Shown: positions 26,242 through 43,480 of the stretch, piece by piece
Numbering within the stretch: position 1 is the first letter of the stretch
Layout: every line of letters begins with the position of its first letter
Source of the DNA: the human T2T-CHM13v2.0 reference genome, Homo sapiens
NCBI RefSeq assembly: GCF_009914755.1
Contig: NC_060937.1
Reading direction: 5' to 3' (one strand)
Length of the DNA stretch: 64,000 bases
Position numbers and translations under genes: made by a program
Notes under the pieces: generated by a model
Seen by the model: the letters and a program-made list of their open reading frames with translations, nothing else
Databases searched by the model: none
What the model was told of the DNA's origin: nothing

Positions 26242-29064
26242 TGGGAACCAGCAGTTCTATTAGAACTGAATGTGGGGAGAACGCACGGCTGAAGCTTAAT
26301 GGCTTGGGGAATGAGTAAGCCTTAAGAAATGTACTTGCCTGGGGCGTGATTCTGGTTGCGTTGTTTTTCTGACAATTCAACCACATTTGGAATTTTCTTA
26401 CGTAGGATATGGGCTTGAGTTTTTAATTTAAAGTCTTCGGGTAAGGTCAGCTCAGTCCCTAACCACCGGACATCGTGGAACAACCAAGTTATTGGAGATT
26501 AAAGTGTCCTTCAACTGTCATGAATGCCACTCTGACCCTCCTTGTCTGGAGGGGACCTCCAGGGCATGCTATTTAAATGAACCCAATTTTGAAAGTTCAC
26601 CTATCTCTACTGAATGTGATAGCTATCTTGCTCTGCCTTCAGAGCACTTATCTTCAAAGTATTCAGCGCCAGGCAAAAGCCTTGATTTTTCCTTGAAAAA
26701 GAAATTGTCAGGATGTCTGAATCCATCCAGACCTTTGCATGTGTGATTTCATTATTCATAGTCAGCATTCCTCTTCTGGCTTTTGATCTGTAGTTTACAG
26801 AATGTGTGCATAAGGAGGCTCTCTTTCCCATAAACTGATCTCTTTACCCTCTCAGCCCGGAATAACTTTCCATTTATTCTTTTGATAAAGCGTTGATGCC
26901 GTGAGCCAGCATACATTAAATTTATCATGATACAAACACAGCACTACACTCTTATCCAGCCCAGATCAGCAACCAGATCACTGCCAGTGCCCCTCAAGTG
27001 TCTCTGATGATGAACAGCAAAGGGGACCTGTGGAATTTCTCACGACCATCAAATCTGAAGAAGGAATTCTTCTGAGAGCAGTTTGCAAAGTCTATCACCA
27101 GTATCCTGACTCTATTATTAGCTTGCAAGGTAGTTAAAGATATCTTCTCAGCCTTGACTCACTAATAAGCACTTTTAAATATATATCAAAAAGCCCTCTT
27201 AATTAAAATGCTTCAACTGCTTTCTACCTCTCTTCTGATAAATGCCAATATCATTAACATGGCTGCTCAGAACCCTGCCTGCCTCTCCAGTCTTGCCTGG
27301 CCCCAGACTCCTCTTTCCCTTCTGCTACTTCCCCTAAGTTGAATATTTTTCATTCTTCTTTCACCTGCTTATCTCCTACTCATCCTTCTCTTGTCATGTC
27401 AATTATCACTTTCTTGAGGAAGCTTTTCCTAACCCACCCCATGTCCCATCCACCTACTTGCCCCTGATCCCCAGGATACGTTAGAGACCTTTGCTTTCAC
27501 AGAACTGCTACCAAGTCAAGATAGGCTGACATGTGACCATAGCAAGCACCACCAAAACCTCAGGGTGGATGAATGAGGATCCACACTGCTTGAGACACTC
27601 AGCTTCCAAGGCCAAGTCCATGAACCTGCCCTCTCCTGGGAGCGCACGGTGTATACATGTATATAGATGTGTATTTATAACCCAATTATTGTAACAAATT
27701 ATTTATTAGATATAGACATCCATATCTTATCTACATTTCAAGATAGAAGTACTTTGGAAATAGGAAGATACTGTGTCTGTTTCACCTTTGAGTCTCCCAC
27801 TGTGCCTATAATCTGCACTGACAGACATGAGATGTTCCATAAAGGTCAATTAATTAATGAATGAAATCATGAGCAAATGATTTTTGAAATCATTTTTTCT
27901 TACATATTTTTGAGAAATGTAAGCATCTTTGTGTTTTCCCATCAATATTTTTAGAAAGCTTCATTTTTCAACAGCTCTGATTAATAATATAATTGAAAAG
28001 CAAAGAAGTCTTTTTAAATATGTACTGTATAAGTCTGTGATACTTTTGATCCCACAGAGAGTCAATTCCATTTAGTTCAATTCAGCAAGTGTTAAGTGCC
28101 TATGATGTCAAATGCCTGTAGTGTGGCAACAGAATGCTTCATTTCAGTGGGATAATTTGGGATGAAAAACTTCTAAACACGTTTCAGCTCCTAAGTCTGA
28201 CTTCAGCAGTCACAAAGCAATTCTCCCATGTTTAGACTATAGCCATTCATTCATTTGTTCAATAAAACTTTATTGGACATCTATTAGATATGATCATGAC
28301 TGCTCTGGATTAGATCTCTTGAAAACTGTGATACAAAAGAAGAGATTGTGCAAGGTCTTTCCCACTTGGAAAGAAAAGTTAAATAGATAAAGCACCTGAG
28401 TAAGAGTAAGCACTGAGTAAAAGACCTGGGTTTAATTTCCCACCTCATTCTGTTGTTAAGTAGTGAAGTGAGCTTAGCAAGTCACTCCATAGCTCTGGGC
28501 CTCAATTTGTTATCTGTGTAGTAAGGGCAGTAGACTGGATGATGTCTAAAGAATATTAGAGATTAGAAAGTCATTGTCCTGGATGGCTCACACCAGTCAC
28601 TGGAGTTGCTTGGCAGGAAGGCATAACAGCATTTTGTACATCTAGAGCTCTGTCCCTCTCATGGGGCAAGTGATGGAAGAATCCAGTGGCAAAGTTAGGT
28701 TTAGCAGGAAGTCCTCTCCCAATACCAGGGGTCTGAGTCCCGGTGCCATGCTTTGTTTACCTCTATCACTTGCAAGGATGAAAAAGCATCTCTAGGCCTG
28801 GCCCAATGTATGGAATCTAATTCATGGGACTAGATATTTTATTAGCATTTCCAGCTGAATGAGTGATTTGGGGTTGGACAATGTGACAGTGAATAGATGA
28901 CATATTCCTTAACTAGTGAGTATGAAACTGCATAGAAATAAGATTTCACAATGTTATGATATTAATGTACTTTCTAATATTTTACATGATCCATATGAAG
29001 ACATATAATTTACAGTTTAGGGTAGATGTACATAGGTAACAAAAATAACTGGAGACTCCTTTTG

Positions 29065-31795
29065 GAGAAGTCTGCAATTGGATCAATTAGCATACATTCC
29101 CTTACAAGTGACTCAAAACCCAACTAGCAAAGACGGAAATTTTAGGAACATTTATTGTTTACCCAGCAAGATGTCTGAAGAGGGTGGTTCCAGGTGTCAG
29201 GGCCTGGATTTGTGTCTCTGCCATTTTCTTGCTTTTTCCCAGTCACAAGATAACTAACACAGCTGCAGATATCAAATCCTCACATGACTGATGACTGTAA
29301 CTACAGAAAGGAAGCAGGGGAGATGAACAGACCTCTCCCTTTGTACCTCTCTCCTAGTATTAGAGAGAAAAACACCTTTCCAGAAGCTTCCCCAGCTGAC
29401 CTCTCCTCTGTCTCAGCAGCAAAGAAAGTTTGAGAAAGCAGAAATCTGTGGTTTTCAGCCTCTACTTTGGAAGGAAGACAAATTAAAAGCAAGTTGGGGA
29501 TGTCTGTGGATAGGCTGCCAAAGTGCTTACCAGAATCCATCCCACAGGCCACCCACCATCTGTAGATATCTTTCCTCTCCCACAGCCACTGTGGGTGGAA
29601 TGCTGTGGCCCATTGTCTGAGAGAGAACTCCACAGGATCATCCAGTTACTGTAGCTAGCACCAAATCTTGCACATCTGGGTGATTTGTAGTCTCCATGCC
29701 ATCACATCTCGGTGTAGATTCCTACGGTGTAGCAGTTGATAACTAAAAGAAAATGTGTCTGCTTCAAATGCAATGATGCTGAAGTTTAATTTACCTTTCA
29801 TTAAAACTTGCAATTGGAAAAAAGAATGATAGGAAACACAATCGTCACTGTGGGTTTTTTTCCCCCCACATATCTAGTTTTGTTGATCTAGAATAATGAG
29901 GTTGAGAGAGGATTAAACTCCTTGGTTAGCCCATCTGGCAGCCTATAATACTGATCTTTGGGAAAATGTTCCTCATTCATGTCCTCTGTGACCCACCTGA
30001 GACATTAGAGAAGACGCTCCCCTTAGAAATTGCACAGCCTTTCCAGCTCACTTCGTTTTAGATCAAGGTTTTGGGATCTTGATATTGTCTTAGGAGTTAA
30101 ACAGAGCTCAATGGTCATAGCCTGTTGTTGACCAGCCTTAGAGTCTATCTGGTCATGCAATTGCTTCAAAATCTTAGTGGGCTTTCTGATATCTTTGCTT
30201 CAAGTCAATTTCTGCAACTAATGTGTCTGTTTGGGTTCTTTAGGAAGCAGAACACTGAGATGGAGTTAGGAGTGTAAGCAATTTATTTTTAGGTGGTGAC
30301 ACTTATGAAAGCTAAAAGTTAAGGAGGCTGGATTGGAAAGGGAGAACCTTCAGACTATGATGTAAATCTCACACCTGTCACAAGAGATGGGGTAGAAGTA
30401 GGATTGGGCAGGAGAATCCTCAGACTATGACACAGATCTGGCAGAAGTCTTTGCCAACTCAACAGGGAACTGCAGAGCAAAGACAGCTCATTAAGAGAGC
30501 TACACATTGGGCAGAAATAGCCCGGACCTTGGATGCCTACTGTACTTGTCATTATCTAGAAGCTGCTCAGAAACAGTATGATTTCCACTCCAAAGTGGAG
30601 CAGGATCCCAAAGGAACTGGCGGCTGTCAGCTAACCACTCTCACTGCAAGTTCTTTCTCGAAGGGAGATCTGATTAGGGCACCTCCATGGTGGCCATGGC
30701 CCAGGATCTGGTCTGGCTGCTTCATCTGTCTCCCCTCTTTATAGGCTTAATGGTGGTTGTTCTGAAGCAATTCAGAATAAGAGGTTGGGTGCAGAGGCTC
30801 TATTTTGATCAGACCTTTGCCAGCAGACTTGCCTTCTTTGCCTGTCGAAGAATGATGGATGAGGGGAGTTTGGGAACTTGGGAATGTTGTCAGTCTTATT
30901 TCTTGTTATGTCTATACTCCCCTGCTTCTGACTCCAGCATGTCTCCAAATTATGAAACTCTCAGTTAATTCAGACCTCACACTACTAACAGAGAACATCT
31001 CAGAAGAGTTCCTTCTCTTTCCTCCCTCCTGACAGATTTTCTCTAATCTGTGTTCATCTTCTTCTTGCAGGACTTTGCCAAAAGCTTCAAGAAGTAGCCA
31101 ACATAACTCAACATCCAAAATGTCTCCTGCCATTTCCCTTAACACTACAGCCTCAGCTGGCACGTGATTGGAATCTCAAGGCATGACAAGCAAGAGTCCA
31201 ACGCAAATGTCTTGCCGCCACCCAGCAAGTGTTACAGACATCCAGCCTATTCTAGCTGGACCCTCACTGCTCTCTGCCCTGCCACCTCAACTCAGCCATT
31301 CTGTATTTTCAGATATTATCTGTGCTGCTCTATTTACTGCAACTAAATTCAAAGGAATGTGTTTGGCTACAAGTAACAGAGGATAGGTCAATAAAAAGGA
31401 TTTTATTTAGTCTACAAGAAATCTGGACAAAGGTGGTTCCAGGGTAAGTTTAGCACTTCCATGACATCAAGGCACCAGGTTGTTATCTTAGCCAGTCTCT
31501 GGCCTTCCCCTCATGGCCACAAGATGGCTGCCACAGCTTCCAGGGTTATCCTCACCTAACAACATCCAAAGGCAGAAAGGAGGGTCACAGAAGAGTGTTA
31601 TCTTTGCATGCCTCCCTCCTGTGATCAGAGAAGAGAAATCCTTCCCAGAGGCCTACTGGCATAGTTCTGTTATACTGCCTTCAGTTGCAAAGGAAGCTTG
31701 TAACATGAATCTCTGGCATTTTCATTCTTTAGAGTGGGAGGAGGACAAAGGCGGAGAGCGATTTGGAGCACAGCCAGACAGCAGCGTTTGCCATG
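29065..31795 (-). mobile_element. Ancient MaLR with two LTRs (~29065-29535, ~31340-31795) and internal region
   Basis: Both ends share collinear motifs (caagatgtctgaagagggtggttccagg / caagaaatctggacaaaggtggttccagg); PPT-like complement tccatcccacaggccaccca follows the first LTR. Confidence 0.5.
30222..30700 (-). mobile_element. ERVL-class solo LTR (LTR40/LTR16-like) nested in the MaLR interior
   Basis: tgtgtctgtttgggttctttaggaagcagaacactgagatggagttagg...aagcaatttatt, typical ERVL LTR reverse end. Confidence 0.55.
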
Positions 31796-33271
31796 GGATC
31801 ATGCCTATTGATCTTAGTTTTCCAACCTCCAACTTGGAAATAGATAAACCATCTGTCTTCCCTTCCTGGGGAGTAGCAGGTTATGAATAAATTATGCTGC
31901 CAGAGCCCAGAGAGTCCTTAAAACAAAATACTGTCAATCCAAGGCCCTCATTTCATTAAATCCATATTAGTTTCTATTGCTCATTTGATGGCATCTGATT
32001 GTTCTCTGGGATGGGAGGTATTGGCAGAACAGGAAAAAGGGAGAAAATTAGCCCAAATCCACCTTCCCCACCACCCTCTTCCCCCAGTGCTGAATAGTCA
32101 TGAGGTCCCCAGGTACTTGTTATTTCTGGCGAGCTAGTGAGCTGAGTACACAAGTCCATGGCTGGGGGATAGATATATTCCAGAAAACTCTGTGCTGGAG
32201 TGCTGGAGAGGGCTGTTGGAGAGAAGACACATTACTGATGGAGCAAATTCAGCCACCATGAGGAAGTTGGGACAGTATTGGGGGGCACTATGCCTTCATT
32301 AGCCCCTGAACCTACATCTTATAAAGCTGCTGATCCACCTTTCTGCACACATTATTCTTTTTTTAAAAATTTATTTTAACACCAACGCCACTTGCCAAAT
32401 AACAGTATTCTTATCTCACAATAATTTTATCTTCCCAATTTCTGTAATCTCAGGATTCTTAAAAGGGTTATGAGAAAATTCCCTTTTGTTTCCAGAAGAT
32501 GCTGCCTCTGGAAGCAGGCCTGGTTGATGGCTGATTGTAGACTCAGAGGTCTAAACCAGTCAGAGTGCCTTGAAGAATCAAATGCAGCCACGTAATCATT
32601 ATTGCCATTTCTGGCAGAAGCCCTTTAAATTGGCCCAGCCTTACTATGCCAAAGGGCTGGGGAAGCAAATGCAAACAACTACTTGTTCCTCTGTCCTCAT
32701 GGACTTTCCTCTCACCATCCCTCTCACAGTTCTTGTTTTGGTCTTCCCTCCTTGGGTCCTCACTGCTTTGCCAACATGTCTCCACTACATCTCTCTGACA
32801 CCAGTTTCTGCTTGCTCCCTGGTGGCTGGGGGCACACACACAGGCCTCCACTGACCACCCAGGCTTCTAGAGACCTGACTCCTTGGGCCTGCTCAGGTTA
32901 CTCAAGTTCATCATTACAAGCCAAGAAAAGAGGTTGTAATTGTGGATACTGCCTGGACCTTAGAGGTCCAGCTTAACTTGAACTGGCTTCTTCGGGACTT
33001 TCCTGGATCTGGCTTGCAACTTTTCTAGATCAGGGTCAGTTCCTCTGCTACCCTCTCACATTCCTAACATCTGGCTAGTGCTGGTCTGGTTCCCAGAGAT
33101 GGGAACGATGCATGCCCTCCATGCCAGGGCTGTCCCAATGGGCTCTCTCCTCCACGGGCTGATGGGGCTTCTGTTTGTGAGCACTGATCTGACTCTGGTT
33201 TCCAAGAACACGGAAAGACTCTGCAATCAAAACTCAGCTCAGCCCCAATTTCACTCATTTGAAAACTGTTA

Positions 33272-35659
<2,388 letters not shown>

Positions 35660-36366
35660 ACAATGAGATCACATGGACACAGGAAGGGGAATATCACACT
35701 CTGGGGACTGTTGTGGGGTTGGGGGAGGGGGGAGGGATAGCATTGGGAGATATACCTAATGCTAGATGACGAGTTAGTGGGTGCAGCACACCAGCATGGC
35801 ACATGTATACATATGTAACTAACCTGCACATTGTGCACATGTACCCTAAAACTTAAAGTATAATAAAAAAAAATGTGAGTCCTAGAGTCCATCAGCCCAG
35901 ATCCTACATTCGGGTACTCTTCTTACCGTGCTCTGGTGCACGTGATTTAATTTCTCTGCTTTTTGTCTATAAAATGGGCATAATAATACCTGTATAAGTT
36001 TGGGGTGCTGATTCAATAAACTATTGCAAGTGGAGCATTAAGAACAATGGCGAGCATACAATGTTACCATTCGCTCTGCCCCATGAGGAAGAAAGACCCT
36101 GTTGGATGAACTTACATTTCTTCTAGTAATCTTTGGCTCTGAGTTTCTGCTGCAGCCAAAACAGACCAGTTTCAGGAACTGTATTGACATATCATGCTCT
36201 CTGATTCTTTTCTGTATTGTCACCCCTTGCTCAGTGCCACCTTGATTCCTTCACTCTTCCAGATACTTTCTGACCGATAAAGTCGGGTATGCAGAGGCTT
36301 CCTGAAGTATTAGGGCAATGAGAAAGGATTTATATTGCGGCATTACACAACTTAGATTTGAATTGA

Positions 36367-36677
<311 letters not shown>

Positions 36678-36865
36678 AGACGTTTAGGTCTTAAAAGTCC
36701 TTTGACTCCACAGTCCCCAGCCTCTAGCCCTCTCCTCCTCTCTTTTCTGGTTGTCTTTTTCCTTAACTTTGCTTATTTCTCTGTCTACTTAGAATAAAAT
36801 TATTAGGGGTTTAGCTTCTACACCAAAAATTCCTAGTACAGCACTTTCTTGCTCTTTTAAAAAAA

Positions 36866-38680
36866 TTTTTTTTTGTTTTTATTTATTTTGATTTTAATTT
36901 TTTTTAATATACTTCAAGTTCTGGGATACATGTGCACAACGTGCAGGTTTGTTACATAGGTATACATGTGCCATGGTGGTTTGCTGCACCCATCAACCGG
37001 TCATCTACATTAAATATTTCTCCTAATGCTATCCCTGCCCTAGCCCCCGACCCCCTGACAGGCCCCAGTGTGTGATGTTCCCCTCCCTGTGTCCATGTGT
37101 TCTCATTGATCAATTCCCACTTATGAGTGAGAACATGTGGTGTTTGGTTTTCTGTTCCTGTGTTTGTTGAGAATGATGGTTTCCAGCTTCATCGATGTCC
37201 CTGCAAAGGACATGAATTCATCCTTTTTTAAGGCTGTATAGTATTCCATGGTGTATATATGCTACATTTTCTTTATCCAGTCTATCATTGGTGGGCATTT
37301 GGGTTGGTTCTAAGTCTTTGCTATTGTGAATAGTGCTGCAGTAAACATACGTGTGCATGTGTGTTTATAGTAGAATAATTTATAATCCTTTGGGTATATA
37401 CCCAGTAATGGGATTGCTGGGTCAAATGGTAGTTCTGGTTCTAGATCCTTGAGGAATTGCCACACTGTCTTCCACAATGGTTGAACTAATTTACATTCCC
37501 ACCAACAGTGTAAAAGCATTGCTATTTCTCCACATCCTCTCCAGAATCTGTTGTTCCTTGACTTTTTAATGATTGCCATTCTAACTGGTGTGAGATGGTA
37601 TCTCATTGCAGTTTTCATATGCATTTCTCTAATGACCAGTGATGATGAGCTTTTGTTCATATGTTTGTTGGCCGCATAAGTGTCTTCTTTGGAGAAGTGT
37701 CTGTTCATATCCTTTTCCCACTTTTTGATGGGGTTGTTTATTTTTTTCTTGTAAATTTGTTTAAGTTCCTTGTAGATTCTGGATATTAGCCCATTGTCAG
37801 ATGGATAGATTGCAAAAATTTTCTCCCATTCTGTAGGTTGCCTGTTCACTCTAATGATAGTTTCTTTTGCTGTGCAGAAGCTCTTTAGTTTAATTAGATC
37901 CCATTTGTCAATTTTTGCTTTTGTTGCCACTGCTTTTGGTGTTTTAGTCCTGAAGTCTTTGCCCATGCCTGTGTCCTGAACGGAATTATCTAGGTTTTCT
38001 TCTAGGGTTTTTATGGTTTTAGGTCTTATGTTTGTCTTAATTCATCTTGAGTTGATTTTTGTATATGGTGTAAGGAAGGGGTCTAGTTTCTGTTTTCTGC
38101 ATATGGCTAGCCAGTTTTCCTAACACTGTTTATTAAATAGAGAATCCTTTCCCCATTGCTTGTTTTTGTCAGGTTTGTCAAAGATCACATGTTTGTGGAC
38201 GTGCGGCATTATTTATGAGGCCTCTGTTCCGTTTCATTGGTCTATATATCTGTTTTGGTACCAGTGCCATGCTGTTTTGGTTACCGTAGCCTGGTAGTAT
38301 AGTTTGAAGTCAGGTAGCATGATTCCTCTAGCTTTGTTCTTTTTGCTTAGAATTGTCTTGGCTATATGGTCTCTTTTTGGTTCTATATGAAATTTAAAGT
38401 AGTTTTTTCTAATTCTGTGAAGAAAGCCAGTGGTAGCTTGATGGGGATAGCATTGAATCTATAAATTACTTTGGGCAGTGTGGCCATTTTCATGATATTG
38501 CTTCTTCCTATCCATGAGGATGGAATGTTTTTCCATTTGTTTGTGTCCTCTCTTATTTCCTTGAGCAGTGGTTTGTAGTTCTCCTTGAAGTGGTCCTTCA
38601 CATCCCTTGTAAGTTGCATTCCTAGGTATTTTATTCTCTTTGTAGCAATTGTGAATGGCAGTTCACTCATGATTTGGCTC
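36866..38680 (-). mobile_element. L1PA (about PA6-8) 5'-truncated, ~1.8 kb
   Basis: T-rich tail, L1PA 3'UTR, disrupted ORF2 pieces (ORFs 37310..37966 and 38383..38670). Confidence 0.9.
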
Positions 38681-40513
38681 TTGTCTTAAAGATAGTTCTA
38701 GTCCTGAAAGGAACTCAAGTTGCAGCTTTTTAAATAACAAAAATTCTCCTCTATATATGTTGATGATGATAACTAATTATGACAATCAAATATTTAAATG
38801 GCACTAATAATAAAATGGCAACTACCAACTATCATTAGCATGTGTTTTACAGCTTAGAAAGTACTTTCAAATTCTTTATTGTCTCATTTGAATGAATTTC
38901 CTTTTCAGTTTATGCCTGGAGTATTTGCAAATAAGGGCTTTGTAACAGAGGATGGCCACACATACACATGCACATGCACACACATGCAGACTCGTGTGTA
39001 GCGCTCTGTTTCATGTGATGCTCATGTAAAGCTCCCTGAGATAGAAGGCCTCTGTCAATCCATAGACAAAGTCATTGGTTCAGTGTCTATTGATCCTGGG
39101 TCCTGGGCTGGTAACCCTGACACAACAGGCCACCATGACGAGACATTACGGCCTTACTTTCTTAGTAGATATGTCTATCGAGTTTCTGAAAATACAGAGG
39201 ATGGATGGGCTCATCTTCCTCTGGGATTATTGGGTCATTTCTCAGCATGTCTGAAGCCGAACAGGAGTGAGGCCCTGATGAATCACAGTCAGCATGCACA
39301 GTTCAAGCAGGAGAAAGCTGAAATTTCAACAAAGATTTAAGTACTTCCAAGCACACAGCCTTTCATCTTTAAGGACTAATTCACAGTGTGCATTTTATAC
39401 ATCTTTATAGGGTCATGTTACCATTCCTGGACCCTTATTTCTTGGCAAATTGGGGGTGGAGTGACATTTATAAGTGAATGCATTCAGTGGAGAGCTTGCC
39501 ATGACATGTATTTCATTGGGAGAGGCCATAAATATTTTTTGCACACATCTGTATATCCATGTGATGCTTCATTTTGGAAAGCAACAATAACAACTGCGTC
39601 ATTAAGCAACAGAGAGGCTAATGCATCAGCTGGCCTAGTAGGAAAGACAAACAAGGATCATCTTGTCAAATCAAAATGGATTGTGCTTTGCCACCAGCTG
39701 CCTGCTTTTTTGTAGGTCCCACAGTTCAAGGGTTTGAATTGAACCTGCAGTTGTAACTTAGGATATTACCACATCAGGCAACTCACCAGCATCCTTTCTG
39801 CCCTCCAAGGTCCCGGCCCTGACTGTGATGGGAAGTTCCTAGATGTCCACAGTGTGGACCAATTATTGCCCAGGCCTTTTCAAAGTGTCCCTAAATAGCT
39901 GCTGAAATGGAACACACTCAGACATGTCCCTAAGGCTCTTGGCTACTGTCATAGCTTTTAACACACTGCATTGTAATTGTCTTGTTGAGGAGAAAAATAT
40001 TTTTTCCTCTCCATCTTCTGTTTATGGCAGAGTTCTCTGTTACAAACGACAGATTAACAAGAGAAAAGCAAACATATTTATTTAATATAAGTTTTATGTG
40101 ACACGGGAGCCTTCATAGGGAAATGAAGACCCAAATAAACAGTTAAATTTGAATGTTTTTGCAGTCATTTTGATGAAGAGTGGAGCATCATGGAGAAATA
40201 TGATAGGGCAACGAGTGTGATCTAATGGTAACAAATTGGCAGAACTTAGCAAGCGCTGTTTATTCAGATTCTTCTCTGTGTCCCTTTGCCTTCAGAGATA
40301 AGGATATTCTTTTCCTCCTGGTATAGGGAGGGTACCTCCCACATGAAAGTCTTATGACCTGCTTCAGAGGAATATCAAGAAATCCTTCCTAGGTTTTATG
40401 ACCTGCTTCAGGAAAGAAGGGCAGAGGAAGGTGACAGTGATCTTCCTGCTTCTGCAGTTTTCTCAAATTTCTTCAGCTTAAAATACTGTTAAGTAGTGTG
40501 TCCTGAACACCAC

Positions 40514-41496
<983 letters not shown>

Positions 41497-42146
41497 CCAT
41501 CAATCTGATCACATCTCAATCTCCATTATTAGATCAAAAACTCCATGAAGACAGAGACTATGTCCTATTTCTATCCATGTACTCAGCATCTAATACAACA
41601 CCTGGCATATAATAACTAATCAATAGGTTTGTTGACTGAATAAATGAATAGTCCTGTCCCAACAGGGCAAAGGAATTAATTTTTTTTTTCTGAATGAAAT
41701 TATTCCTCTATGACAAAGTTCACCTCCTTAAATTTCCTTTGGATCACTTTGTCTCTTGCATTGCATGTAGGTGATGAATATTGAGAACATTTATACTTCA
41801 TTTAGTCATTTTCTCCCCAAACAGATATGACAATGAATAATTTTATCATAAAATCAAATAAAAAGTGAAAGGGAAGTATATTGGGTTGGTAGCATAGAAG
41901 AAAGGATGCCTGGGATTGCCGTGAGGCTGGGCTCAATGGAGATGTATCCTTCAGCTAAGAATGGGTCTCAGCCATCTCCTAGGGGCTATGAAATGTGGAT
42001 GGCTGTGTTTATCATGACTAGAAGGACCTTGTGTCTCTTAATGGGTGGGGCTCAGGGATGTTAAACATCCTGTAACATTCCAGTCAAATCTTTATGATGA
42101 AGAATTTTCTGCCTTAATGCCATTAATATTCAATATAGGAATCATC

Positions 42147-42453
42147 TTTTTTTTTTTTTTTTTTTTTTGAGATGGAATCTCACTCTGTCACCCAGGCTGG
42201 AGTACAGTGACGCGATCTCGGCTCACTGCAACCAGCCTCCTCCTCCTGAGTTCAAGTGATTCTACTGTCTCAGCCTCCCGAGTAACTGGGACTACAGGCA
42301 CCTGCCACCATGCTTGGCTAATTTTTTGTATTTTTAGTAGAGACGGGGTTTCATCGTGTTAGCCAGGAAGGTCTTGATCTCCTGACCTTGTGATCCGCCG
42401 GACTCGACCTCCCAAAGTGCTGGGATTACAGGCGTGCGTCACTGGACCCGGCG
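42147..42453 (-). mobile_element. AluS (Sc-like)
   Basis: Reverse Alu; TSD ggaatcatcttt at 42138 and 42454. Confidence 0.93.
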
Positions 42454-42897
42454 GGAATCATCTTTTATACTTTAAGTTAGTTTCACTTCAGGATATGCCG
42501 TTTGTTTCCTCCCTCCACCTTTTTTATTCTTTTTTCCCTTTCTTCCTTTTCTTCCTTATTTCATTCTTTTCTTCCCTTCCTCCTTCCAAAACTTACTAAA
42601 TATCTACTAAGGGAAATGGATGGTGATGCTTACGAAAATGAATCAGACATAGGCTTGGCCTCAGGGATTAAACTCATGCAAGGAAAGATGTGACATTTGT
42701 TTAAAAATAAAGAGAATTGGGCAGAAAGAAAGTGGAGGGAAAGTAAAGGTAAAATGTTATAGATCAGAGGAGAGAGAGATGTCCCTGATGTTTTAAATGA
42801 AATGCATCTTATAAATCAACATTTCATTATGTTTTGCAGACCTCTATAGTTTACAAAGGCCTTTCCTATATGTTCTTTCGTTTACATTAATACTTAC

Positions 42898-43330
42898 TGT
42901 AACCCAACAAAGGTACTTTATTTGCCCTCAGATTTATTCCTCACTGTTTCTCTGCTCTGCTTTGTATTAGCAGGGGCCAGACCTTGCAAACTATGCCCCC
43001 ATCCTTATTAGCTGGCTGCCATCTGGGTTTAGCTAATAGGAAGCAATGGGAGATAGAGCCTTCTCCCTTAAGCAGCAGGTAGCTGCTGCTTCTCTGGCGG
43101 TCCACTTCCTACGAGAAAAGCCTTTTGTGTCTGGACTCCAGAACTCTGCTTCTTCCCTTTTCTCTCCTGCTGAGGAGTAGTATAGCTTCCTGTTGTTGAA
43201 ATCTCTGGTTTACTCCACCATTCCCTTATGACTCTTAAAGTCTCCACCACCTGAGTAAGCAATACTTTGTATTAAATTCCCTGGGCTGTAAATATCTGAA
43301 AGGGATTTTGTTTTTTAAATTAGATCCTAA
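42898..43330 (+). mobile_element. LTR33-like ERVL LTR
   Basis: gccctcagatttattcctc...gctctgctttgt...ggtttagctaataggaagca...tttgtattaaattccct. Confidence 0.5.
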
Positions 43331-43349
43331 GTAGAAAGAAAGCACTACT

Positions 43350-43480
43350 CTTACCACTTTAGAGATAAGGAGAAAGTTAAACGACTTTCCCAAGTTCAAC
43401 CAGCAATAAGAGGCAGAGTCCAGGTCTGTCTCCTGACTCCAAATCCAGGCTTTTATCCACTGCCTCATACTGCCTCCCTT
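43350..43480 (-). mobile_element. MIR fragment
   Basis: agaaagttaaacgactttcccaag...ccaggtctgtctcctgactccaaatccagg. Confidence 0.65.

Noticed and set aside
40351-40411. Direct repeat ttatgacctgcttcag
   Set aside because: Lies inside the MER31-like LTR and is probably part of its consensus.
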